From: Botryllus schlosseri | Taxonomy: Eukaryota | DNA length: 64,000 nucleotides | Assembly (NCBI GenBank): GCA_051294905.1 | Contig: CM119371.1 | Location: 13,456,001 to 13,520,000 of the forward strand | Direction of reading: 5' to 3' | Part shown: one piece after another, positions 48,001 through 59,850 of the stretch | Layout of the letters: every line of letters starts with the position of its first letter | Numbering within the stretch: the stretch's first letter is position 1 | Made by a program: the position numbers and the translations under genes | The notes under the pieces: model-generated | What the model saw: the letters and a program-made list of their open reading frames with translations, nothing else | What the model was told of the DNA's origin: nothing | The model's database searches: none

Positions 48001-51000
48001 AATTTTTCAAAATTTTTTTATGAACTCAGAATTCAGAAAAGAATAACATGTGTAAATATTGGACAATTCTGAGGGTATGCATTAGAAGTGTCAAAAAAAA
48101 GCTAAGTATTAATGGAATTAGTATGTAGTTTCACCCAAACTAGTCTAAAACATATCAATTAGGGTATGAAGTACAAGTAGGGCCAAAAACCAATTCGAGT
48201 ACTTCATATTGACATATTGAGTGACTGACTAACTCTGGTCAGGAGAGACTTGAAAATAAAAATTTGCTAGTGCTCAACAAGGAGTAGATTTGTACCGATA
48301 TCGGAACTAGGCTTTCTTCCAATCGCCCAAAGGAGACATTCGACGTCCGCTTCCACAGTTTCGCCAGAGGGCTCACTCGATTGAATCATCACCTGCATGC
48401 AAAATATGTTTTCATACGCACAGTCATAGTCAAGTCTGCAGTTATTGAATGAGAATAGCCGAGTCATGCTGCACTATTGATAATTACTATGAAGATAAAT
48501 GAACAAATATTTGATTGGATATTTAAAAATGAAGGTATTTCCCGGAATTATGCACAAAATCGAATTATTTGCATGATTTTGGAACCAGAAAAAGGTAATG
48601 CTTACATAACCTAGCTTGTATGATATATTCATTTCGAAATGAACCAAAATATTTTCGGCCGACACTAGACAGACAAGACTGTGTCAACAAAAAAATTTCG
48701 TGTACCATCTCAAAATAGTGCAGACACTCTGGTATTTGACATTTCATGCTGGTGACGTCATATTTTGTGATACGATTGTTGATATACGATGTTCTTTTGA
48801 ATTCTCTACTAGTTGCTGACAACTACCCCTGACGAGCGTCTGCTGAAAATATTCGCGTTCATTTCAATGTGATATAGGCTACCATTCAATTGTTTACCGG
48901 TACTGCAGTTCTGTACCTTCAAGAAGCTCTTCAAACCTAGTTTGTGTAAACACTCACTTACAAATACTGTTAAGGACCAGGATCAACGAGGCTGGATCAT
49001 ACCATTTTTGGCACGAAAATAACATTACGGCTGCTGGCTGAATGAACTAAGAGCTGCAGTGTTCCATTCATACATTGGAACTCTCAAGGAGTTTTCTGCA
49101 TTGTTCTTACAGCAGTAGACTATTGGTCGAGCTACCATAAGCCACGTGAGCAAAGAGAAATTTCGCCATGATGAAGAGAAATCGACCTGATATGGATGCA
49201 CCTCTGCCGACATTAACAGCAGAAACTTCAGCTGTACCAGCATGAACCATGATATATTTTAAAGAGCTTCTTAGAGGTACACCACTTCAATATACATATT
49301 CATCGAAATTCGATATCCATCGAAACGAACCCTAACATTTTCAGCTGACACTCGTCAGGAGTAATCGTCAGCAACTGGTAGAGAATTGGAAATAACATTG
49401 TTTATCAACGATCGTATCACAAAATATGACGTCACCGGCATGAAATGTCGAATACCAAAGCGTTCAATGTACTATTTTAGATGCTACACGTACTCCATTC
49501 AGAAGTCGCCAAAGCGGATCATTAATCCGCAACATGGTTTCATGAAGTTCAAGCGGGTATCCCTCTACCGCAAACCTATCAAAATGGTACTAAGTCGATG
49601 TAAAAATCATCTGATAAGACTGCCAAACAAGATTTTGTTGTTAAAGCAGCAACGTAACATATTGCCACATGCAAATTGGCATTGCAAACTTGGTAACACA
49701 AACCAACGTTTTCAATGGCGGTCTAAAAATCAATAATTTGCTTGTAACTTTTTCTGCACATTTTATAGACAAAGTTCTATGGAAGTGAGATGAAAACATG
49801 TTGATCCCGCAGATTTTAAGCCCAAAACTGGCATTCCAGCATAAGGGGTTATCTAGCTATCTATCTTAGAAATTAGCTATTTTTGGCTCACTCGGTGGAA
49901 TTGTCCGGTCACTAGAGGGTGCAAAAATCTGAAATCATGATAGAAGTAATTCATTGGAGATTTGGGATCAAATGTCAGTGTTACATTTTGAAATCCAAAT
50001 TTTTCTTTTTTTTTACTCTACCCGAATAGCCTACCCTATTCCCAGACTTAGGTCCGGCACAGGTATGAATTCAACTTGACAAATGCGAAAGGCTTGGTTT
50101 TAATGTGATAGCGATAGAATTGAACCAGGACCTAAGGATTGGAAGACCAGTGCTCTTACTACCGAGCTACGATCGAACAAATACGGAGCAACAGCTTGAC
50201 GTCACACTCAGTGCAATATCTTACAGTCATTTTTCCGCCGCTTTTTTCTACTTTCTTCACGTGTGAGAACTTGTGAACTTTTATGCCGGCATCTTCCATT
50301 TCTTTCGTGACGTTTTCGCTGATCATCGAGTCGAAATTTCGGAGAGCTTGATGTCTGAAGAGGAGTCAGCATTACTCAATTGCAAGAAAAACTCTCGATT
50401 TACAAAACATGCTATAACTACATCAAGCGGAAGTAGAAAATGTAAGGCGTAGAAATAAAAAAATGTAGATTTGGGAACTTTGGTTGACACCAGGGCTGTA
50501 ATGACTCGACTCAAGTCCGACCCGAGTCGCTAATTTTTGATGACTCGAGTCAATTTTGTTTTGACTCGACTTATACTCGAGTCATTGTGCATGACTTTAA
50601 CCTAGTCATATGACTCGTGACTAGGAGAGCCAAGTCAGGCATTTATTAGATTTCGAAGATTAGTAAAGTTATCACATCATTGGTTTTTCGTCTATCAATC
50701 CTGATACTTGGAAAATTGGGTCAAAAACTGTTAAGACTGAGGAAAATAATGATATTATGATTAGGAATGCGAGTCAATCTATACCACTCCAGCAGAGTTG
50801 AAAATAGTGGATTGAACTAAAAACTGAACAGTGAACATAATGATTTGGACTCGAGTCAAAACACTATGACTCAGATTCGACCCTATACTAGGTGACTTGG
50901 ACTCAGACTTGACTCGGTAGTGAATTGAAAATTACTCGACTTGACTCGACTCGAGTCAAAACTATGAAAGAGAGATTGACTTGTGACTTGGAACCCTATG

Positions 51001-53118
51001 ACTTGGTTACTTGAATACTGTACTGTACATACGCAATTACGCATTTTCCACTTCATTTTCAACTTGCTATTACAGACATACATGCTTGCCTGCTTGTTTT
51101 GTTCGGGGTTCAATCTATAGCACGATTTACAAACCATGTTACAGACCTTCTAATTATAAGATGTGTTTCGCATCCCAGACCGTTGAAAATTCCAGCCATC
51201 TCCACGGCGATGTATCCCGCACCGACGACAATGGCTTTCTTGGGAAGGGCTTCAAGTTCGAAGAAACCATCACTTGTGATTCCATACTGAGAAAAAAATT
51301 ATTTTATTTTCATGCAAGGAAGTCGCAGCATTAGGCCTAAAGAATAAATAATTGGTACAAGAGTCACTCATTGATCATGGATTAACGCTAAAGGTAAACA
51401 GATAGGTTCACACAGTCCATAAGTAGTACTTGCATTTTGGCAGATTCATGTAATTTACCTTGATATCTTTGAGATCCACAGCTAAATTACGAGATACCAG
51501 TAGGCCTACAAATTTGTATAATAACAGGAGTGGACAAAATGGTAAGAAAATCGTATTATCGGGCTTTGGGAAATTTCGAATACCAAAACTTCATAGTTTA
51601 TACCAAAATATATATAAGCCACTGCTTTAATCAGAGTTCGTTCAGACTTCAAAACAAATTTGTACCAAAAATGATTGGATGGCATTCCCTTCAGGACAAT
51701 GCTATTTATTTTGCAATGGATAAATAGTATCATCAATTCTGACACACGCCAGATACGATCGTCCAATTAGAAAATACACACATTGTATTGAATTGTGGAA
51801 GAGCAATCCGCCTGACTTGGCAGTGTCTAATACACAAATACAGTTCCGGAGGTACATAACTTCAATATCCCAACGAACATTATGTTCTTATTGGCAGAAT
51901 TATTCCGCTTCAAGTTTTTTGACTGACTGTTATTAGGAATGAATATCGGTAAGTGTGATTAACCAAATTCAAAATATAGGAATACTTTTTTCATTGTATC
52001 GTCTAGGCCTAGGTAACAATGACATGCAAACAGGGTCGGGAATTGCATATCATATCAAAATGTAAAGGTAACAGTATAACTGTAGTAAATTAGGCTCTAA
52101 AAATAACGGACTAACATAACTAGGGTGTCTGATATTGAAGACTACACCAAGTCGTTTCGACACCTTCCTATCGTTCATGGTATCGCAGTCTTGTGCTGTA
52201 TTGAAATGATGAAATTATTAGCAATAAATCGAATTTGAATTGCTTGTGGGGTTCTCTTTTTAATTAAAATGTAATCAAGAATCCAACATTATGCACCTGC
52301 AACAGCCTGCTGCTAGATGGAACGGAACTCTATACTCTGTGAACATATTATTAATGTTGTGTTGTTATTGAGGTATTCAGTATGTCAATTTGTCAAATAC
52401 AATTTGGTTAACGCCTTTCGATTTACTGACACTCGCTCCTGATTAGAGTGCGTCGAAAAGACGAAAAGCTGACAGAGGAGTAAATTTTGCAAAATGAATA
52501 TAATGTTTGTAGCAATATCTAATATCCTGATTTAATATTATCAAATAACCAACAAGCCTAAGATCACAGTCAATCCTGATGTCAACACAGAAGTATTAAT
52601 CTCACCTGCGCTCCAGGTATTTCGCCTTCTGACGGTATAACAGGATATCCCCCAGTGGCAATCAGGATATGGGGAGCTGTGTATTTTTTCCCTGCCACAG
52701 ATATTATCGGATACGGATCTTTCTCCCCAGTGAAGACGCCGTGACCCAAAATCTTTTCTACTTTCGCGTTGCCGAGCATCGTATCGTAAACTCCGTTCAA
52801 GCGTTGTATATACGCGTCGCGCCGGTCTTTGATGGCTTTCCACGTAAATTTCGGCTTCCCCGACAATTCAAAACCATAGTCCTTAGCGTCGTGCAGCGTT
52901 TCGGCAATTGAAGCGGCCGAATACATGATTTTTTTCGGCACGCAACCGACGTTGACGCAAGTGCCACCCAATCGTCCGTGCTCGATTACTGCGGCTTTTA
53001 CGCCGAACTCTGTGGCCCGCCTTGCGCTGGCAATCCCACCCGAGCCAGCACCCAATACCAAGTAATCAAATTTGGTAACGTTAGACATTTTTCTGATAGA
53101 TGTCAATCCACGAAGCAT
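35937..53118 (-). CDS. GSR: Glutathione-disulfide reductase, 8 exons: join(53118-52606, 51286-51147, 50354-50225, 48392-48296, 47261-47102, 45514-45379, 40329-40213, 36065-35937); 1422 nt, 473 aa
   Basis: FAD motif GAGSGG, redox motif [18 protein letters not shown] motif [10 protein letters not shown] motif [19 protein letters not shown] and C-terminal [12 protein letters not shown]. All introns are GT-AG and the phases (0,2,0,1,2,0,0) join into one open frame. There is no C-terminal Sec/Cys tail, so this is GR and not TrxR. Confidence 0.96.
36337..37129 (+). mobile_element. ~800-bp non-autonomous hAT (Ac-type) family retaining the transposase C-terminus; other copies at ~11850-12670, 24680-26146, 30803-31500, 45670-46508 (-), with fragments at 20892-21921 and 29000-29170
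   Basis: TIR TAGGGCG; TSD GTTATCAC; sister copies encode [18 protein letters not shown] (hAT dimerisation motif). Confidence 0.85.
37692..38204. mobile_element. Palindromic Kolobok-like MITE
   Basis: AGGGG...CCCCT termini, TTGA/TTAA flanks, long inverted arms. Confidence 0.75.
39282..39849. mobile_element. Palindromic Kolobok-like MITE
   Basis: Perfect TTAA TSD, AG...CT termini, ~250-bp arms; empty site CCTTTAACTG is seen in uninterrupted host copies. Confidence 0.82.
40213..40329 (-). CDS. GSR: GSR exon 7 (IYKTNF...KVVGLHMQ)
   Basis: tatcag acceptor, CAG|gtaat donor, MKLVC and VVGLHM motifs. Confidence 0.93.
40447..43257 (+). mobile_element. Decayed hAT Buster-family transposon in GSR intron 6
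   Basis: TIR CAGTGCTTTTCAACC; perfect TSD CACTAGGC; GTGCGAA repeats; C-terminal relic [29 protein letters not shown] (~42965-43055). Confidence 0.85.
41575..42390. mobile_element. hAT element nested in 40447-43257
   Basis: Termini CAGGGCTGTCAAA / TTTGACACCCCTG; TSD GAGTAGAG/GAGTAGAC. Confidence 0.75.
43943..44295. mobile_element. hAT MITE with CGCCCCCC repeats
   Basis: TIR CAGTGGTTYCCAAC; perfect TSD ATCTAGGT. Confidence 0.85.
45379..45514 (-). CDS. GSR: GSR exon 6 (LFDG...[12 protein letters not shown]...NVK)
   Basis: ttccacag acceptor, AAG|gtgggt donor. Confidence 0.93.
45670..46508 (-). mobile_element. Copy of the ~800-bp hAT family in GSR intron 5
   Basis: Perfect TSD GTAATCAC; reverse complement of 36337-37129. 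Confidence 0.82.
47102..47261 (-). CDS. GSR: GSR exon 5 (LDKVGV...[14 protein letters not shown])
   Basis: tttcag acceptor, gtaaa donor, GDV and [10 protein letters not shown] motifs. Confidence 0.94.
48296..48392 (-). CDS. GSR: GSR exon 4 (VMIQ...[14 protein letters not shown])
   Basis: tgcag acceptor, G|gtaca donor, LLWAIGR motif. Confidence 0.9.
48815..48858 (+). ncRNA. Degenerate hammerhead family A
   Basis: Core CUGACGA/GAAA/UUC retained; mismatches in stems I and II and in the pseudoknot. Confidence 0.55.
49329..49372 (-). ncRNA. Hammerhead family A variant, sense to GSR intron 3
   Basis: ACUC-CUGACGA-G(UGUCAGC)U-GAAA-AUGU-UA^-GGGU; the substitutions give G-U wobbles. Confidence 0.6.
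50000..50170 (-). mobile_element. tRNA-derived SINE fragment in GSR intron 3
   Basis: Minus strand GTAGCTCGGTAGTAAGAGCAC...GGTTCAATTC. Confidence 0.5.
50225..50354 (-). CDS. GSR: GSR exon 3 (HQALRNFD...GGKMT)
   Basis: cttcag acceptor, gtaag donor, LRxFD motif. Confidence 0.92.
51147..51286 (-). CDS. GSR: GSR exon 2 (YGITSDGFF...HLIIR)
   Basis: ttttctcag acceptor, AG|gtctgt donor, GAGYIAVE motif. Confidence 0.93.
52606..53118 (-). CDS. GSR: GSR exon 1 (MLRG...EIPGAQ)
   Basis: ORF 52582-53118; donor CAG|gtgag; in-frame TAG upstream of the first ATG. Confidence 0.95.
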
Positions 53119-53441
53119 CAGACGCTGAATGAGCTGCTACGATACGGGAGCCAAATAATTCAAGCCAGGCTGAAGCAAATGATGATGAGTAACGATGAGT
53201 CTGCAATGTTTGCAAATGCGTGAGTGACCGAAAGTAACCTTCTATCAAAACCTCTTGCCATTTACAAAAACAAATTGAAAGCAGACCACCGAGAGTGCAG
53301 TGCACTGAGCATGCCTGACTAAATACATCGTTTTAGTTGAATAATTACACTAGTTGTAGCGAAATGTCAGTAATATAACCCTAATGTAATATTTGAAATG
53401 CTTCTTAGCTCAAAGTTTCATTTCAAATCCGAACTAATTTC

Positions 53442-53992
53442 CAGGGTTGTAATGACTCGAGTCACGTTTTTCAGATGACTCGACTTGACTCGAGTCATTT
53501 TCTCAAAATACGGAAATGACTCGACTCGAGTCAATTTGTGTATTGAATCGACTTGAACTCTAGTCATTACGCATGGCATGACTCGAACCAAGTCATATGA
53601 CTCGAGACTCAGAAGGCCAAGACCAATGTTTCATTGTAATTTCGAGGAATAGTAAAGTAATCACATTATTGGGATTTCGTCTATTGGTACTGATACTTGA
53701 AAATGCGTCCAGAAACTGCTAAAAATGACGAAAATTAGTAATTATAAATGCGACCCATTCGATATCACCAAACAGAGTTATAAAAAGTGGATTTAACAAG
53801 CCTTTAACTGGAAACTGGACAGTCAACATAATGACTTGGACTCGACTCGAGTCATAATACCATGACTTGGACTCAACCCTCTGCTCGGTGACTTGGACTT
53901 GACTCGGTGGTGAATTGAGAATGACTCGAGTCAAAACTACCAAACTGAGATGGACTTGTGACTCGGAGCCGTGTGAATTGGTTACAACCCTG
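53442..53992 (+). mobile_element. ~550-bp GACTCGAGTC-rich hAT MITE; about ten copies (29828-30351, 31490-31858, 36105-37427 split, 37480-38433 -, 38888-39970, 43282-43743, 50490-51010, 55656-56219)
   Basis: TIR CAGGGTTGTAA; perfect TSD CTAATTTC. Confidence 0.9.
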
Positions 53993-55655
53993 CTAATTTC
54001 TGGTTACCCCAGTTAATTTTAACAAACCAACACACCACGAGATTGCAATATAATGAAAAGATAGGACGGTGCCTAAACGACTTGGAGTAGTCTTTTAATC
54101 CGACACCCACCTGGGCCAACAGCCATGCTCATGAGAATGAACTGTAATTTGATGTCATTTCGATACACCAAAAGACTGCGATACGATGAAAAGAGAGGAG
54201 TAGGAAGGTGTCGAAACCGAGTGGTCTTTGAAATAAGACACCTGATTCAAGCTTTGGCGAAATCAGTAATTCCAATTGTGATCTAATTTTGAAAAAAAAA
54301 AACTGTTTAGATGTAGTTTTAGTCCAATTTTGAATGAACTGTGTAGCTATAATTCTAATATAATTTGGAAAGGCGGAGAACTTTCTATTTGCCCAAATCC
54401 ATCATGTCCAGTATTAAGGCTGGGAAACAGAACGTACTCAATTTCCTGACCCCCTTATTAGATGGGCGGTGAGAATTCATATCCTTGATATTTTCGCAGC
54501 AGCTGACAACCATGCCATCTGCATCCACCAGTCTACAATACAACACATCGCCTGGGATGAGTGATATACGCTCATTGCTTTTCTGAAAAATTCCATGCCA
54601 TCACCCTACCACTCATATAACGAACATGAACTGGGTATGACTGACTCCTGTCTGATCAAGCTACAAGTTGATTATCATCACACAGTGGAATTTGAGTTAA
54701 CAGTGTTGTTATCGAACATAAAAATTTACACTTACGGAAAAATAACATGGCAATATTTCAACTCGAAAGGAATGTTGACCGTACATCAGCAAATGATAAG
54801 GTAATCATTAGCCTACTAGTTATCAAATAAATTGTGGTATGTTTCAAAGTGGCAAAATCCCGCTACAAATATTCAATCATGTCTGGTAGAATAAACAAAA
54901 TGCAATGAACAAGCACCACATAATATTGTCTTGTATAAAGCGTTTATCAAAAACAAAAATATACTCGGTGACTACTTTTACGTCAGGTAACATTACCTTG
55001 ACGAGGGAGAGCCCTGGTAAATAGCATATGAATGAATAAAAGAATATAGGCGTATTAAGTACATAGTTGATGAAGCTTGCAGCCAAAGAATGAATTTGAT
55101 AGCAACACATTTTATTAAACAATACTCTCATTATTAAATATGATAGATTAAAAGTTCAAAGGATGAATAGGCAAGCAGTTATCTAGATTAATGGTCGGGT
55201 TGGTAAATTAACTCATCAAAGAACACTACGGCTCTGCACAAATACTAGCCAATTCGAAAGTTGGACGAAGTTAAGATCAGTAAAGATGAGCAATGGAGCA
55301 TGGTTTTGAATTTGAAATTTAGGCATAATTTCAAATTCCAGATTTGAGCTCATGTTACAGAAAAAAAATAATACGAGTCAGCACAGCACATGACACAAAT
55401 GGAATTCCGGGGTGGATATGAATATGCCGTAGATCAGGGACGGGCAAAATACGGCCCGAGACATGATTTCGAGCAGTCCGCAGACAGATTTTGCTCTTAA
55501 TGATTAGGCTATATGGCCGGCGATCATAGTCTTCGACAATTCTCTACTACTTGCTTACTACGTCAAATTGTAGTGATTGTAGGTTAGATTTCTTTTTTTC
55601 TGGACACAAATAACAGTTCTTTGTCTTATTCTCTGTGTCCTACATGCAGCCATAG

Positions 55656-56219
55656 CAGGGTTGTAATGACTCGAGTCACGATTTTCAGATGACTCGACTT
55701 GACTCGAGTCATTTTCTCAAAATACGGAAATGACTCGACTCGGAGTTAATATGTGTATTGACTCGACTTGGACTCGAGTCATTGTGTATGACTCGAACCA
55801 AGTCATTTGACTCGAGATTCAGACGGCCAAGACCGACGTTTCATTGTAATTTCGAGGAATAGTAAAGTAATCACACTATTGGGATTTCGTCTATTGGTAC
55901 TGGTACTTGAAAACACGTCCAGAAGCTGCTAAAAATGACGAAAACTAGTATATTATAAATGCGAACCATTCGATATCACCAAACAGAGTTATAAAAATTG
56001 GATTTACCAAGCCTTTAACTGTAAACTGGGAAGTCGGCATAATGACTTGGACTCGACTCGAGTCATAATACCATGACTCGGACTCGAACCTCTGCTCGGT
56101 GACTTGGACTCGGACTTGACTCGGTGGTGAATTGAAAATGACTCGACTTGACTCGAGTCAAAACTATAAAACTGAGATTGACTTGTGACTCGGAGCCTTG
56201 TGACTTGGTTACAACCCTG
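55656..56219 (+). mobile_element. GACTCGAGTC-rich hAT MITE copy
   Basis: TIR CAGGGTTGTAA; TSD AGCCATAG/AGCCACAG. Confidence 0.9.
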
Positions 56220-56930
56220 AGCCACAGTTCAGAGAAACACAACTTTGATCGACCGCATTGACTGCAACAGTTCTGGAAGTACATTACGTTAATAAATTAA
56301 TTATATCCTACTGCTTTGGTCTCTATGCTTCACACTTGAAGTTTACATTTAATGTGATTAATCCTTGTATAGGTGGATAAATACGCGTTTAATGTATCGA
56401 TTCAGGAATCCGGCCCGCCGACTGGAGAAGTTGCCCGCCTCTGCCATAGGCCTACTCGATAATCTCTACGTCAGGAGTCATCATAGCAGTAGCCCGCAAG
56501 AACCAAACGAGTCACCCGCGATCGCAGTAGTAGATATCCAAATGAGAGATTTGAAAGTCGAAACGGAGAAGGGTGTCATATGAGCAACAGTTGAATATGG
56601 GTCAGTTGACCCTAAGGAACATAGGAACGCAGTTTTCAATCATAGCGTTGCTCGTCTTTGAACACACGGAGGCGTAACGGGAATCTAGTTGATATTCCAG
56701 AGTCTTGGCTCCGAGATGGACGCTGGTGTGAGTCCTGGTGAGAGAGAGTCTGTCCAAGGTAAGGGGCGAAAAGCCTGCGTAGTGCTCTAAACGTCTAAGT
56801 GCAAAATTCCAACTGAGCACAGAAAAACGGCAGGAGTAACTGGTAGCCCGTCGCATTAATCAGCAGGCCCAAGATGTTGCTCTTGGTTTCAGAAAGGTTG
56901 GCAACACCTGGCCTACACCTTTCTTACGAT

Positions 56931-57638
56931 TCAAACATTTTTTCCACGAAATAATTCCTTTATATCCTTTGAATCTGCACAGTCAATCGGTGTATCACCA
57001 CTTTCGTCGACCGCATTTGGATCAGCACCGTTTTCCAACAAAATTTTAACGATATCTTTATAACCGCATAGCGACGCGTAATGTAACGGAGTCGATTGCT
57101 CGTTATCAACAGCACTGACGCTGCATTTATGGTTCAGTAGAAACCGTGCCACCTCTAAATGTCCACGATCACACGCCCAGTGTAATAATGTCCTACCGTC
57201 ATTATCATGAATGGTACAATCACAGTCTTCAAGTTCTTTCAATTTGGATACATTGCCATCCTTGCATATTTGGAACAAGATATTTTCGTCTGGAATTACA
57301 TCATCATTGCTGTCATCAATCATGCGGCTCACTGATTTACCAGACATTGATTTTTTCTCAGGTTTACAGTCCCACGTAGGATCCAAACTCCGCAATTTCA
57401 TCACATATTCGCTTTTAGCTTGTGATTCCGCCATCGTGCCAAGGTCGTTCCATGCGTTCCATTTCTTTCGTCCTTGAAAATCAAACAGTCCTGGCTTCGG
57501 AGCGTTGCAGGGTCCGATTGTCGCCTGTTTGAACCTGGCGTAAAGGTACAGTAGACCATCAGCATCGAGTTTGTCTGCAATACTAGGCAGATGGTCCGCG
57601 GCGGATTGGAAATATTCGGAGTCTTCAGATTTTTCCAT
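56931..57638 (-). CDS. ACBD6: Acyl-CoA-binding domain plus ankyrin-repeat protein (ACBD6-like), 235 aa, single coding exon
   Basis: ACBP motifs LLYLYARFKQAT and KWNAW, followed by ankyrin repeats GRTLLHWACDRGH and STPLHYASLCGY...GADPN. Confidence 0.92.
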   Translation of the reverse strand: MEKSEDSEYFQSAADHLPSIADKLDADGLLYLYARFKQATIGPCNAPKPGLFDFQGRKKWNAWNDLGTMAESQAKSEYVMKLRSLDPTWDCKPEKKSMSGKSVSRMIDDSNDDVIPDENILFQICKDGNVSKLKELEDCDCTIHDNDGRTLLHWACDRGHLEVARFLLNHKCSVSAVDNEQSTPLHYASLCGYKDIVKILLENGADPNAVDESGDTPIDCADSKDIKELFRGKNV

Positions 57639-59850
57639 CGATAAATCTAACGTTTATGAGCAATGTTCTGCAAAAATCAATGGCCGGTGAAACATCACAC
57701 ATGATAGCCATGCAACAATGAACTTCGACAATTTAACAATCATTTTACCATGAAATAAGGACACAGCAACATACATATTCCAGAGTTGGATCTGAGCATA
57801 TTGTTTCGATAACTTTGGTCAATCCATTAAATCGTAAATGACAACATAGGACTGTAGAAGGAAAGATACTCCACTGGCAGTGCTGGACAGAAAACAGAAA
57901 AACAGCTTCGAAACACAAAAATAATTATATAGATTCCACAAACCAATTCACACCAGATAGACAGCCTCTGTGATTGATACAAATGTAACGGTTTAATTTC
58001 CGGCATGCTTAGGTTACGAATTTTAGTAGGCTACTCGAAACCTAATTGTGACAGGATTCAATTACTAGGAGTCATTTACTTACTTAATCAATAGCATACA
58101 AAGCATATTTCAACACAGAAGCATGTAACTGAACTATAAGAGAAACCAGAAACTTCCTCATGTATAGTCTATCATAGTTAAGTGTAGGATACACAGGGCA
58201 ACAAATGCCAGCAGTGCAGTATTCTCATCATGCATCATCAGTATAATTACGTTTTCCATCAGCCTAGATCGACAAGTAGGCTACTATTTAGCAAATGCTA
58301 CAATCATGCACGGCGCACAGTCAATTTGTACAAGATGGCACAAAATCACTGTTCGTTCTTATGCAAATGCCCAGATTGGTCACTCATGTCTTTATGCAAA
58401 CGATTTTCTGTTGGCACTACTAATTCACTAAAAATGCTTGTATTCGCTCAGAATAGAATGACTAACTACTGGATATTGTCACAGATCTGAATCTTACACA
58501 GCCTCTAACCTGTACCCTAATCAGTAACGGTTCCTTCAAGTATTCTGGGAGCATTTGAAGACTGATGAGATGGAATGTCCCAAACACTACCTCCAAAACG
58601 AAATACAGAACATTGGCAGTCTTGTTTATGACGTGTTATAATACAAACTCCCATTGACAGCAATGGCATCAAAGCCAAAAACAGTGATGAAAGATTGTCA
58701 ACAATAATGTGTCTCGGACTGAGATTTTCATAGGACAACATGCAATGGCAGTGATCATGATATCTTACAGCAGCAGTTACCGAACTCTCTATAGATGGTG
58801 GTCCGGGCCAACTCAAGCACGGGTAATTTTAAACCCAGTTTCATGAGCATCACTAAAAATAGGTCAATAATATCAAAATAGACACCAGTAAAAAGTTTGA
58901 AGGAAAAATTCACCCACCTAGGAAAAAAAACGGACGTCGAAATGTCACTGTACAAAAAGCTTATGGAAAGCCAAACAGACCAACGTCCACCATCAAGAAC
59001 CGCCGCACCACATTGAAACATTTACAAGCATGTGAAACAAAAATGGTGCGCATCAGCTGAAATAAGAGGCACACCAATTTACTGCCCACATCGTCCACAG
59101 TGCAACACACACACTGTCAATTTGCGGATGCACTTTTGAGGCAACTCAAAAGCCACAGTGAAAAAAACATTCACTAACCGCAATCTGCGGAAGTGACAAT
59201 AACAAATCTCACGATCGATTCAACCGTTGAATAGTTTAAAAGTTCAACATTATTTTGAAATGTCCGCGGTTCAGTGACAAGGTCAGTTCAAGCCTTATCT
59301 GCTTTGAATAATATAGAGTCTCCAAAATTCGACACCCATTTCGACAAAGCACTAGTAAATCGGCAGAAATTACCGTTTCGCTATCATCATTTCAAAAGTG
59401 AAGCTTTGAGACTTCAATATAGCATTCAAAACTAATTGCAAGACACTATACACCTTCACAGAGTCACATTTCCGAGTCGCGATAAACACAAAGCTTATAG
59501 TTATGGTCAACCATTCAAAACCTTTTGCCAAGTGTAACCAACATATGATTTTCCTTGATATCTTATAAAAGGTACATAATTGACCATTGGAGCTTGCTCT
59601 TATTGGGCATTGAATAGTGTATGACGTATGACATTATTGTGAGTGGCATTGAAACACTGAACTGCTAGTTTAATGCTCAACTCGGTATCGAATCACGTAT
59701 GTACCCGATCAGCATTAAATGAGGTAAGCTAGTATCACGTGTTAAAATTAACAACACCATACCAATATCGCAAAATGGCGCTAACATGAGTTCACGGACA
59801 AATGTACGAACGAAATGAAGCGTGCAACATCACCGGCACATGAAAATCCC

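Larger units (their letters stand above)
48700..49485. mobile_element. Two convergent ~230-bp copies of the family-A pLTR-like element (48700-48932 +, 49262-49485 -)
   Basis: Shared sequence from ...GACGTCATATTTTGTGATACGAT through the hammerhead to the tail AAGAAGCTCTT. Confidence 0.7.

Noticed and set aside
56600..56860. Telomerase RNA or RNase P/MRP resemblance
   Set aside because: Short look-alike motifs lie on opposite strands; there is no template CUAACCCU and no P4 consensus.
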